Position numbers and translations under genes: made by a program. Under the pieces are notes generated by a model. That model was not told the DNA's origin and made no database searches. It worked only from the letters and a program-made list of their open reading frames with translations. Source: a bacterium (GTDB lineage Bacteria; UBA8248). Taken from it: a stretch of 64,000 bases of DNA. Below are positions 1-8,654 of this stretch, piece after piece (the first letter of the stretch is position 1; the number at the start of each line of letters is the position of its first letter). The stretch covers positions 3,904,001-3,968,000 of the forward strand of contig OZ241875.1 in assembly GCA_965203325.1 (NCBI GenBank). Direction: 5' to 3'.

Positions 1-36
1 GCCCTCATCGACCCGTGGGTTCGCTCGCAGACATGA
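1..36 (+). CDS. 3' end of an upstream gene, possibly a peptide/nickel ABC transporter permease (partial)
   Basis: Frame 1 reads ALIDPWVRSQT-stop, resembling the 'xxDPRIR' C-terminus of DppB/OppB-type permeases; only 11 codons visible. Confidence 0.3.
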   Translation, partial: ALIDPWVRSQT

Positions 37-146
37 GGACTCGCGCTTCATGGCGGGGGAGGGGGTGAGGTAGGCGGACGCCGCCGTCATCTCGCGCCGG
101 ATGCCGTTTCCCGCCGCCGCGCCCCATGCGCCGGAAAGGAGAAGCC

Positions 147-1199
147 ATGCGCAGGCCGTTTTCCCTCTCGCCCGGACGCCGGTTTTTCGCCGCCTGCGCC
201 TCGGCGGCTCTCCTCGGCCTGGCGGCCCCCGCCTTCGCCGCGCCTCAGGCGGCCTGCACGAGTGACGGACGCCCTCTCAAATACGGTTTCTACGCCTTCT
301 TCAAGCCCGTGAGCTACAGCGCCGAGACCGATCCGAAGTCCGACGGCTTTCACGTCCATCGCGGCTACGAGGCGGACCTGCTAAGCGCCCTGGAAGCCAT
401 GAAGGGCGCGGGGCTCGCCTTCTCGCGCCGGGGGGTCGGAGCCTGGAAGGACATCTGGCTGCGCGCGGCCGGCCCGCAATTCGACATGGTGGGCGGGGGC
501 ATCACGATTCTCGAATCCCGAACCCTGGACGCGGCCGGGAGGAAGGCCGTCGTTTTCACCTCGGGGCACGTCGCGTTCCGCCAGTCGCTTCTGGTGCGGG
601 CGGAAGACGCCGGGCGCATCCGGGGACATGAGGACCTGGGGAGCGATGCGCGCGTCGGCGCCCTGGCCGGGACGACGGGGGAGGCGCGCCTTTTGGTGTT
701 GACCGGACTCGCGAGTCCTTCCGGCGTTCTGGCCGCGGGCGTCCGGGTGAGGACGCCGCGCGGGAAGGTCGCAGCCGACGGGAGCGGGGATTACGTCATA
801 GGCGCTGCCGGCGCGTCGCCCGTCCTCGCCGGGCGGACCTCCATCGATCCGCCCTCGGCGAACATGCCCCGGGTGGTCTATCTCGGCGCGAAACTCGGCG
901 AGGCGGAGCTTCTGGCCGCCCTGCGCGAGGGGCGCATCGACGCGGTGGCCAGGGGGGAGATCGGCAACCGCGACGCGGCCCACGCCTCGGGCGGCGAATT
1001 CGCGGTCACGGCCCTGGACCCCGCCGCCGAACACGGCGGTTTCGCTCTCGCCGCCGGGGACGCCGCGCTGGCCGCCTGCATCGGCCGCAAGATCGACTGG
1101 CTGACGGACGGGCGGCGCATCGGGTATCGGGAGTGGCGCGCGGACCCGTCCGTCTTCATGCGGCGCGCCCGGCTGTGGCGGGCCGGACCCGGGCGATGA
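147..1199 (+). CDS. ABC transporter substrate-binding protein (amino-acid-binding family 3-like), exported
   Basis: Signal peptide with RRFF (Tat-like) and AFA cleavage site; GYEADLL, GGGITI and GRIDAV motifs; AAAGGA upstream of ATG 147. Confidence 0.75.
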   Translation: MRRPFSLSPGRRFFAACASAALLGLAAPAFAAPQAACTSDGRPLKYGFYAFFKPVSYSAETDPKSDGFHVHRGYEADLLSALEAMKGAGLAFSRRGVGAWKDIWLRAAGPQFDMVGGGITILESRTLDAAGRKAVVFTSGHVAFRQSLLVRAEDAGRIRGHEDLGSDARVGALAGTTGEARLLVLTGLASPSGVLAAGVRVRTPRGKVAADGSGDYVIGAAGASPVLAGRTSIDPPSANMPRVVYLGAKLGEAELLAALREGRIDAVARGEIGNRDAAHASGGEFAVTALDPAAEHGGFALAAGDAALAACIGRKIDWLTDGRRIGYREWRADPSVFMRRARLWRAGPGR

Positions 1200-1281
1200 G
1201 ATCAATCGCGACCAGGGAAGGTCAATCCCGATGGAAGAGGGGTTGGTGGAAAAGTCCCCTGACGAGTGAGATAAAAGAAAG

Positions 1282-1548
1282 CCCCCCTGACAAGGGGGAG
1301 ATGGGAAGACGATTTTCCTGCGTCCCTCGATACGGCCCTAGCGGGCCTACTCGGGATGAGGGTGTTTTTCGGTTTCCTCACCCTGAGTCGCCGCCGGAGG
1401 TAAAACACGACTGAGAAAGGAGCGTTTGTATCGAAGGGCGAGGACCCGCATCCGTCGGGGGGGCGTCGTTTTACCCCCCTGTGAAGGAGGGGACAGGGGG
1501 GTTGGTTTCAAGTCGATGACAAGGGCGGACACATCGGTCCGCCCCTAC
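1282..1548. repeat. Intergenic mosaic of REP-like palindromes
   Basis: C-run/G-run hairpins at ~1282-1298 and ~1474-1501; inverted pair CCCTCGATAC (1324-1333)/GTATCGAAGGG (1428-1438) enclosing ACTCGGGATGAGG/CCTCACCCTGAGT; GTAG-type REP GGGCGGAC-N6-GTCCGCCC-CTAC at 1523-1548. Confidence 0.65.
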
Positions 1549-1667
1549 GGGTCAAACCCGGTCGAGGAGCGAGGGATTGTTCGCCGAGCGAAGCAGGAGG
1601 AATCGCCCGGGGGCGGCGCGCGCTCCCGCCGGGATTCCTCGCGTTCTTTCCACCGAAAGGAGAGGCC

Positions 1668-2042
1668 ATGATCTTTCAGAAGTGGGACGACATCCCCAGG
1701 ATGCGCATCATCCACGAGAACATCCCGCCGGAGAGCGTCATTGAACTCCAGATGATCGTGGGCGAGAAGCAGACGCTCGCGCTCTGGACGTTCTCGGAAG
1801 GCTCTGAGGTCGCCTCCCATAAACACCCCCACGAGCAGATGTCCTTCATCCAGCGCGGGCGTTTTCTGTTCCGCGTCGAAGGGGAAGAGGAGCGCGAGGT
1901 GGGCGCGGGCGAGGTGGTGGTGTGCAAGTCGAACGTCGAGCACTGGCTGAAGGCGCTCGAGGACGGCTCGCAGGACCTCCAGATCTTCAGCCCCCGGCGC
2001 GATGACCTGCTGGAGTTCCGGGGGGCGTATATTCCGGTGTGA
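1668..2042 (+). CDS. Cupin domain protein
   Basis: HKHPHEQ and second-motif His (NVEH); AGGAGAGG RBS. Confidence 0.85.
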   Translation: MIFQKWDDIPRMRIIHENIPPESVIELQMIVGEKQTLALWTFSEGSEVASHKHPHEQMSFIQRGRFLFRVEGEEEREVGAGEVVVCKSNVEHWLKALEDGSQDLQIFSPRRDDLLEFRGAYIPV

Positions 2043-2090
2043 GGGGAGGGGGGATGCGTGTTCCCCGTCACGGAAGAAGAAGGTTTGTTC

Positions 2091-2302
2091 ACTCCCCCCT
2101 TGAGGGGGAGTCGATGAAGCCGAGCGGTTTGTGCGAAGGCTGAATCGGTGGGGGGTCAATCGCGACTGATGAAGGAGTGATTGCTTACGGAACAGGGAAT
2201 CAACGATTCGCAAAACCTCCCTTCTCGGTCGGTTTTGACCCCCCACCGAATCGCTTTCGGGCTTACGCCCTCAGTTCTTCGACTCCCCCTCAAGGGGGGA
2301 GT
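2091..2302. repeat. MITE/REPIN-like element with nested perfect inverted repeats
   Basis: 24-bp perfect terminal IR ACTCCCCCCTTGAGGGGGAGTCGA (2091-2114 / 2279-2302) and 15-bp perfect internal IR TCGGTGGGGGGTCAA (2145-2159 / 2235-2249). Confidence 0.8.
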
Positions 2303-2345
2303 TGATTGCGGATGCTCGATATGTGTGTTTCCCGAGGAAAGGTGA

Positions 2346-3272
2346 ATGCAGCAAACTGACAACAGCTATAAATACACAATTGATGAGTGTGATGTCTTAG
2401 ATAAAAAATCGCTGGAAAAATTCCGTGAGAAGCGAGCGGAATGGGTAAAATGGTTCGGTGTGGACGATGCGAATACCATTGCAGAACAAATCTATTCGAT
2501 GATGTGGGGTGATGCGGCTTCCCGCTCTCTGGTTGAAGCTTACCGTTTCTCTTCCACGGACAAGCCTACGGCGCATGAAAACGGAATGCTGGCGGGGCTA
2601 TTGTATGACGGCTATCTGGCGAACCAGATGCTCGCCATCGGAAAACTCATCGACAAAGATAGAGAAGTTATATCTCTCAGGCGGTTGTTCGATGAAATCA
2701 AGGAAAATCATTGCCTTTTCACTCGTGAAAATTTCGTCTCACACGACGGACTGCCATACGACTACGCTGAAGAAAAACGAAAGGCTTTGGAGCGCTTTGT
2801 CGCTGAGAAAAAACCCGGGGAAGTAGTATCTGGGCCTATGCCATCATATGCGATATCGGAGTCGATGCACATTCAATTCGATAGAATTTCAGGCATCGCA
2901 ACCGATAATAGGTGCAGAGAAGATCTTATTCCCGATGATGTGTTTGAAAAAATTGAACGCTTGTTTGGTGATTCTGTATTTAGGAACATAAAAACCTATC
3001 GAAACAAATTTATCGCTCATTCGGCCAGTGAGAAATCTCGTGGGAACATTGAATATCCGCATCACGATGATTTGAGCAAAGCGCACAAAATAATCCTTAA
3101 AATCACAAGAATGATTGCGGATATTTTGGGGACGGGAATCGGATATCCCGTTCCAATAGCGCAATATGACGTGTTCGAGAACCTGGACAAGCCGCTTATT
3201 CCTTCCTCTAAAATGCAGGAAATGACGGAATGGTGGCATGAGCATTGTCAAGAGCGAAATGGTTGGTATTAG
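2346..3272 (+). CDS. HEPN (AbiU2-like) domain protein, putative RNase/toxin
   Basis: RNKFIAH (R-x5-H) motif in a helical protein; visibly AT-richer than flanking genes. Confidence 0.6.
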   Translation: MQQTDNSYKYTIDECDVLDKKSLEKFREKRAEWVKWFGVDDANTIAEQIYSMMWGDAASRSLVEAYRFSSTDKPTAHENGMLAGLLYDGYLANQMLAIGKLIDKDREVISLRRLFDEIKENHCLFTRENFVSHDGLPYDYAEEKRKALERFVAEKKPGEVVSGPMPSYAISESMHIQFDRISGIATDNRCREDLIPDDVFEKIERLFGDSVFRNIKTYRNKFIAHSASEKSRGNIEYPHHDDLSKAHKIILKITRMIADILGTGIGYPVPIAQYDVFENLDKPLIPSSKMQEMTEWWHEHCQERNGWY

Positions 3273-3332
3273 AGACTCGACAAGGAACCTGCGAATGAAT
3301 GACGGTCTATTCTTTGAGTGAGGAGACACTCC

Positions 3333-4403
3333 ATGCTCCGCCGAATAATCTTCATGGCTCTTGCGGTTTGCCTGTGCGCCTCCTCGGCAAATGCCGCGGC
3401 GCAAGGGGCTTCATGCGCCGATTGGGGCAGCTCGGGCCCGGCATTCTTCCGTGCGGCGAAGGTCAAGGACGTGAAACGCTGCCTCGCGGCCGGCAAGGAC
3501 GCGAACGCCCACAGGATAGGGTGGACCGTCCTGCACTCCGCCGTAACATACGGCGCCCCGCCGGAAGTGGTCGCAGCGCTCTTGGGTGCGGGGGCGCGGC
3601 TCATACCCGAGGTGCGAAGCGTCGTGCCGGAGCCTCTCTTCATGGCGGCGTCCAGAGTCACGAATCCCGAAGTGGTGCGGGTGCTTCTTTCGGCGATGGC
3701 CGCCGACCCGCCGGAAGGCATACGGGAACGGTTGAGCTTCGCCCTGCGTGGGGCGGTGTACTCGAACAATAAACCGGCGGTCGCCGCCGCCCTGATCGAG
3801 GCGGGCGCGGACCCGAACGCTCGCGGCTGGGACGGCGGCACCGCCCTGCACACGGCGGCCTTGACGAACGCGGAACCCGCCGTCGTGAAGGTGTTGCTGG
3901 ACGCGGGCGCGGATATCGCGGCCCGCGACGAAAACGGCGCAACGCCCCTGCATCTGGCTACTGACGAGGAGAACCCTCTCAACCGGAGTCCGCATTCGGA
4001 AAGCCCTCACGTGCTCGGGGTCCTGCTTGCGGCCGGGGCCGACTTGTCCGCGCGCGACGGGAAAGGCGACACGCCCCTGCTTGCGGCGCTCCGGATAGCA
4101 CGCCGTCTGGAGCGCGAAGACCCCAGGCTGACGAAAGCCGTCAGGACCTTGCTGGAGGCGGGAGCCGACCCGGATGCGCGGGACCGCCGCGGCCGGACGG
4201 CCCTGCATATTGCGGCTCGTCGGGGCGGCCCCAAAATGGTCGCCGTTCTATTAGACGCCGGGGCCGACGTTAACGCGAAGGACGAGCGCGGCAGGACGCC
4301 TCTCGCGCATGCCCGGCTCCGCCTGAATGCGCCCGGTGCGAACAAGGAGGCGATTCAGGGGATGATCAAGACGCTCGAAGCCCGCGGCGCACGCAAACCA
4401 TAG
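3333..4403 (+). CDS. Secreted ankyrin-repeat protein
   Basis: Signal peptide; repeated GxT(A/P)LH...LLxAGAD(P/V)NA units; GAGGAG RBS before ATG 3333. Confidence 0.9.
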   Translation: MLRRIIFMALAVCLCASSANAAAQGASCADWGSSGPAFFRAAKVKDVKRCLAAGKDANAHRIGWTVLHSAVTYGAPPEVVAALLGAGARLIPEVRSVVPEPLFMAASRVTNPEVVRVLLSAMAADPPEGIRERLSFALRGAVYSNNKPAVAAALIEAGADPNARGWDGGTALHTAALTNAEPAVVKVLLDAGADIAARDENGATPLHLATDEENPLNRSPHSESPHVLGVLLAAGADLSARDGKGDTPLLAALRIARRLEREDPRLTKAVRTLLEAGADPDARDRRGRTALHIAARRGGPKMVAVLLDAGADVNAKDERGRTPLAHARLRLNAPGANKEAIQGMIKTLEARGARKP

Positions 4404-4437
4404 TTCACCGTATCGCTCTTTCTTTGAGGAGATATCC

Positions 4438-5202
4438 ATGCTCCGCCGAACGATTTTTCTCGCTCTTATCGCCTGCCTATACGCCTCTCCCGCCCTCGCC
4501 GCGCCGCTTCACGACGCGGCGCTCAGGGGCGAAGTGTCGCAAATCAAGGCGCTGCTCAAAGGCGGCGCGGACGCCAACGAGCGGGACCGCCTGGGCATGA
4601 CGGCGATTTTTTATGCGGCGATAAAAGGAGACGCGGCGGGAATCGAAGCCCTCGTCTCGGGCGGAGCGGACCCGAACGCGAGGGACAAGATCGGCAAGGC
4701 CCCGCTCGACTGGGCGGCCTTCCGGGGACACGGGGCGGCGGTGGCGGCGCTGATTCGCGGGGGCGCCAAGCCGGACGGGCGGGACAAGGCGGGCCTGACC
4801 GCGCTCCACGGCGCCGCGATGAAAGGGAGCGCGGCGGGGGTCCGCGCGCTGCTCAAAAACGGTGCGGACGTGAACGCAGCGGGCGCAAACGGATTGACGC
4901 CGCTTCACGTGGCGGCCGGAAACGGGCGTACGCAGGTAGTGAACCTACTCCTGAAGAGCGGCGCAAAGCTCGAGGCCCGAGACGCAAAGCACTGGAAGAC
5001 CCCGCTCCATTGGGCGGTTTTTGGAGGAAGTGCGGAGGCCGCCCGGGTTCTGCTGGATGCGGGCGCCGATGTGAACGCGAAAGACGCTCGCGACCAGACG
5101 CCCCTGAGAGCGGCCCGGTTCCGCATCAAGGCGCCGGGCGGGAACAAGGCGCCGTTTCAAAAGGTGATCGAGGTCTTGAAAGCGCGCGGCGCCAGGGAGT
5201 GA
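4438..5202 (+). CDS. Secreted ankyrin-repeat protein
   Basis: Signal peptide ending ALA; about 6-7 ankyrin repeats (TPLH, GADVNA); GAGGAG RBS. Confidence 0.92.
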   Translation: MLRRTIFLALIACLYASPALAAPLHDAALRGEVSQIKALLKGGADANERDRLGMTAIFYAAIKGDAAGIEALVSGGADPNARDKIGKAPLDWAAFRGHGAAVAALIRGGAKPDGRDKAGLTALHGAAMKGSAAGVRALLKNGADVNAAGANGLTPLHVAAGNGRTQVVNLLLKSGAKLEARDAKHWKTPLHWAVFGGSAEAARVLLDAGADVNAKDARDQTPLRAARFRIKAPGGNKAPFQKVIEVLKARGARE

Positions 5203-5262
5203 GGGGCGGTTCACTCCTCACTATTCTTGATTTATATCTAACTCCTTGATTGGTATTGGATT

Positions 5263-5437
5263 GTAGGGGCCGCATATATGCGGCCCGTCGCCGGAGGGCG
5301 AAAAATCAGGGTCGCATGTATGCGACCCCTACAAACGCTTTTCATTGCATCGCTCGGGTTGACCACCCCGCCGTCATTCCGGCGCTCTCGCAATGGTGGA
5401 GAATAAAACGTAGGGACAGGTCGCGACCTGTCCCTGC
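5263..5437. repeat. GTAG-family REP doublet (REPIN) plus a third REP
   Basis: GTAGGGGCCGCATATATGCGGCCC (5263-5286) and inverted GGGTCGCATGTATGCGACCCCTAC (5309-5332); GTAGGGACAGGTCGCGACCTGTCCCTGC (5410-5437). Confidence 0.8.
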
Positions 5438-5482
5438 AACTTCATCGGTCGGCAATAACCCTCGATCAATGCGCGTTTTTCG

Positions 5483-5510
5483 TGGACTCGGACTCTCCTT
5501 GCGTTATACT
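5483..5510 (+). promoter_or_regulatory. Possible sigma70 promoter for the DUF4399 gene
   Basis: TGGACT-16 nt-TATACT about 90 nt upstream of ATG 5598. Confidence 0.35.
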
Positions 5511-5597
5511 GACAGGGAATTGTTCTCATCACTTTCGGGCGTCGCGCCCTCAACAAATTTGCAGGTTCTTGAATCAGGAGCCGGAGAGGAGTCTGAA

Positions 5598-6035
5598 ATG
5601 AGCAGAGGAATGTTTTATGGATTGTTCTCTTTCGTTATGGCGGCGTCTTTTGCGTTTGCGGGGTATGCACAGGGGGCCGAGAAAAAGGAGATGAAAGCGG
5701 GCGTCTGGTTCATCGAACCCAAGGACGGCGCGCAGGTGACGAGCCCCGTCAAGGTCGTGATGGGCATGAAGGGCATGACCATCAAACCCTCGGGCAAGGT
5801 GGTGAAAGGGACGGGACATCATCACATTATCATCAACGGAGGTCCCATGCGCAAAGGTTTGGTGATACCCACCGACGACATGCACCCGCACTACGGCAAG
5901 GGGCAGACGGAAGCGTCTCTCAAGCTCGCGCCCGGGGACTACAAGCTCACGATGCAGTTCGCCGACGGCCTCCACCGCTCCTTCGGGAAGAGATGGGCGG
6001 CGACCATCTCCATCAAGGTGCTGCCGGGGAAGTAG
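5598..6035 (+). CDS. DUF4399 domain exported protein
   Basis: Signal peptide; FIEPKDG...TGHHHIII...HYGKGQTE...LQ/MQFADG.H pattern; the ORF-track start at 5250 runs through REP DNA and is unlikely. Confidence 0.85.
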   Translation: MSRGMFYGLFSFVMAASFAFAGYAQGAEKKEMKAGVWFIEPKDGAQVTSPVKVVMGMKGMTIKPSGKVVKGTGHHHIIINGGPMRKGLVIPTDDMHPHYGKGQTEASLKLAPGDYKLTMQFADGLHRSFGKRWAATISIKVLPGK

Positions 6036-6383
6036 GCGGAAAGACGCGAGAGGCGGAGAGGAGACTCACGCCCCTAGTGCGCATTTGCCCGCATTTGGCG
6101 TCATCGGGCGGAACCCAGCGTGTGGCAGGATTCCTCCGCCCGAGAGGGGCGCATGAACGTCCCGCCTTGCTGGGTGCACCATCGTCTGTGCAGCCCAGGG
6201 CCGGGCGGGATTGAACATGGTGCGAGTCGATCCTTCCGGGGCATGCAAAACCCCCCTGCGGAATTCCTGAAAAATACGATAAAATACGATAAATTCACGG
6301 GGTATTTCTGAAAATTAACGTGCGCCCGCGATCCCTCGAAACGAAATCATATACCCCTCGTAAGATTTTGTATTATATGAAGA

Positions 6384-6400
6384 AATGAATCTGTTTCATT
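6384..6400. promoter_or_regulatory. Palindromic operator candidate upstream of the SDR pair
   Basis: AATGAA-TCTGT-TTCATT in an AT-rich stretch; direct repeat AAAATACGAT x2 at 6271-6290. Confidence 0.35.
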
Positions 6401-6512
6401 AGCCGTGAGCGCGGGGCTGGCCGGATGGGCCTCTCTCGCGTATGATGTCTCGCGCAGGGCCTTTGATGAGGCCTAACGCATTGAATAATCAACCTTTGGA
6501 GGATCGCGCACT

Positions 6513-7319
6513 ATGCTCGAGGGCAAGAAGGTCATCGTCACGGGAGGCGGCAGCGGCATCGGCCGCGCCACGTGCGTTCTCGCCGCCGCAGAGGGAGCCA
6601 CTGTCGCCGTCGCCGACATCAACCCCGAAACCGCCGCCGAGACGGTCTCGATGGTTGAAAAACAAGGCGCTAAGGCGATCCTGATCGAGATGGACACCTC
6701 GCAAAAAGCGGATGCCGAGCGCATGACGGCGGAAGCCTTGGACGCCTTCGGGACGATAGACGGCCTCGTATGCTGCGCGATCAAGCTCGTGCCCGGAAAG
6801 CTCGAAGACCTGCCCGAGGCCGACTGGGACATGGTGATGGACATCGGGCTCAAGGGCTATTTCCTCTGCGCCCAGGCGGCGGGAAGGGTGATGCTGGAAA
6901 AGGGGAGCGGTTCGATCGTCTTCGTCTCCTCCATCGGCGGGATGCAGACCTACCCCCTCGCGGGTGCATACAGCATATGCAAGGCGGGGGCGATCATGCT
7001 CAGCAAGCTCTTCGGCGTGGAGTGGGGCGATCGCGGCGTTCGCGCGAACACCGTCTCGCCCGGTCAGGTGCGCACCCCGATGACCGAGGCCATGTTCCAG
7101 GACCCCGAAATCGCGGCGGGCCGCGCCGCCGTGGTGCCGATGGGCCGCGTGGCCACGCCTGAGGACATCGCGGAGGGATGCGTGTTCCTGCTCTCGGACC
7201 GGGCGAGGTACGTCACGGCGGCGAACCTGCCGATTGACGGCGGGCAGGTGGAGAGCAAGATGATTCATACGCCCGGCAGGAACTGGGGCGGCAGGAAAAT
7301 CGAGTATAAGACGACTTGA
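6513..7319 (+). CDS. Short-chain dehydrogenase/reductase (NAD-preferring)
   Basis: TGGGSGIG, Asp after beta2 (VADIN), YSICK catalytic motif. Confidence 0.92.
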   Translation: MLEGKKVIVTGGGSGIGRATCVLAAAEGATVAVADINPETAAETVSMVEKQGAKAILIEMDTSQKADAERMTAEALDAFGTIDGLVCCAIKLVPGKLEDLPEADWDMVMDIGLKGYFLCAQAAGRVMLEKGSGSIVFVSSIGGMQTYPLAGAYSICKAGAIMLSKLFGVEWGDRGVRANTVSPGQVRTPMTEAMFQDPEIAAGRAAVVPMGRVATPEDIAEGCVFLLSDRARYVTAANLPIDGGQVESKMIHTPGRNWGGRKIEYKTT

Positions 7320-7334
7320 GGAAGGAGGTTCCGC

Positions 7335-8114
7335 ATGGGCCGTTTCGATGGAAATGTCTGCATCGTCGCCGGGGGCGCCCGGGGTATCGGCGAAAAGACG
7401 TGTGAGATGTACGTGGAACAGGGCGGACGAGTCCTCATCGGCGACGTGAACGAGGAGTTGGGCGTCGAACTGGAGGGCAGGCTTGGCAAGGATAAGGCGG
7501 TGTTCCAGCGGCTCGACGTGACGGATGAGGGGTCTTGTCAGGCGGCGGTGGAGCGCGCGGTGGGCGAGTTCGGCGGCCTGGACCACCTCGTGAACTGCGC
7601 CATCAAGATGGACCCCGCCCCGCTGGTCGATCTGCCTCTGGCGAGCTGGAAAATGGTGCTGGACGTGGGTCTTACGGGCATGTTCCTGATGTGCCAGGCG
7701 GCGGGCCGCTGGCTGATAGAGAACGAAAGGCCCGGCGTCATGGTGAATCTGTCGTCGAACGCGGGAGTTCAGCCTTACGGGATGTCGGGCGCGTACAGCA
7801 CGGTGAAAGCGGGCATCATCATGCTCTCCAAGCAATTGGGCATCGAATGGGCGCGCAAGGGTATTCGCGTGAACGCCGTGTGCCCCGGTCACACCGAAAC
7901 GCCGCTGACCGCCTATCTGCAGGACCCCGAGATCAAAAAGGGCAGAAGCGACGTGACGCCCCTCGGGCGCGTGGGCCAGCCGGTGGATATCGCGCACGGC
8001 ATACTGTTCCTGCTGTCCGAGGAATCCGACTGGATCACGGCTTCGCGCCTCGACATCGACGGAGGCATCCTGAACAGCGTCTACAACCACATGCCGGGCA
8101 GGAGATGGGACTGA
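7335..8114 (+). CDS. Short-chain dehydrogenase/reductase
   Basis: AGGARGIG, YSTVK, RVNAVCPG. Confidence 0.92.
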   Translation: MGRFDGNVCIVAGGARGIGEKTCEMYVEQGGRVLIGDVNEELGVELEGRLGKDKAVFQRLDVTDEGSCQAAVERAVGEFGGLDHLVNCAIKMDPAPLVDLPLASWKMVLDVGLTGMFLMCQAAGRWLIENERPGVMVNLSSNAGVQPYGMSGAYSTVKAGIIMLSKQLGIEWARKGIRVNAVCPGHTETPLTAYLQDPEIKKGRSDVTPLGRVGQPVDIAHGILFLLSEESDWITASRLDIDGGILNSVYNHMPGRRWD

Positions 8115-8190
8115 AACGAGCGATTGAGATAATGAACACGCCCTGCTAGGCTGTTTCCGTAGTTTCGACCGCCCCTGCTGCGAGGACGCA

Positions 8191-8622
8191 TTGAAAACAG
8201 CGTCATATTTGTTTCGCCCCGTTTATTGTCTCTCGGTCGTCGTTGCAGGCGCATTCATTGCGCTTGCCCCCGCTTCGTTTACGCCTGTCGCCCGCGGCGC
8301 CGTGGGGGTCTCCGCCGTCACCGCCGCCCTTGTTTTGAGTCCGGTCATTGCGGAAGCCAGACGCTTCGGCGGGGGCCGTTCGTTCGGCGGATTCGGGCGT
8401 ATGCGTTCTTTCGGCGCGCGTTCTTTCTCCAGACGAGGCTACGGCAGGGGCTACAGCCGGGGGTTCGCGGGCCGGCGCGGATTGGGCGGTTTCGGCATGG
8501 GAATGGGCTTGGGAATGCTGGGAGGATGGGGATTCGGCGGGCTCGGTCTTTTCGGACTGGGCCGGATGCTGCTCTTTCCGCTCCTCTTGCTCTTTATCTT
8601 GAGGATGATGTCTCGACGTTGA
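8191..8622 (+). CDS. Gly/Arg-rich low-complexity membrane protein
   Basis: Hydrophobic N-terminus, AEARRFGGGRSFGG..., Gly-rich segment then C-terminal hydrophobic helix; start uncertain. Confidence 0.55.
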   Translation: MKTASYLFRPVYCLSVVVAGAFIALAPASFTPVARGAVGVSAVTAALVLSPVIAEARRFGGGRSFGGFGRMRSFGARSFSRRGYGRGYSRGFAGRRGLGGFGMGMGLGMLGGWGFGGLGLFGLGRMLLFPLLLLFILRMMSRR

Positions 8623-8654
8623 ATACTACCTTTACTCGACAAGGAGTTTCTCAC

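Noticed and set aside
5250..5597. N-terminal extension of the DUF4399 ORF
   Set aside because: It runs through REP palindromes; the signal peptide and RBS indicate ATG 5598
6040..6260. tRNA-Sec (selC) or SRP RNA
   Set aside because: No TCA anticodon arm with a GTTCGA T-loop, and no complete SRP domain IV motif on either strand
1200..6300. CRISPR array or integron cassette array
   Set aside because: The repeats are inverted and heterogeneous, not regularly spaced direct repeats; no attC-like RYYYAAC/GTTRRRY pairs, integrase or cas genes recognised
6489..8090. 533-aa minus-strand ORF, and similar long antisense ORFs (10224-11471, 36684-38498, 61733-63421)
   Set aside because: They are shadows of well-supported genes on the opposite strand in GC-rich DNA, with no recognisable motifs
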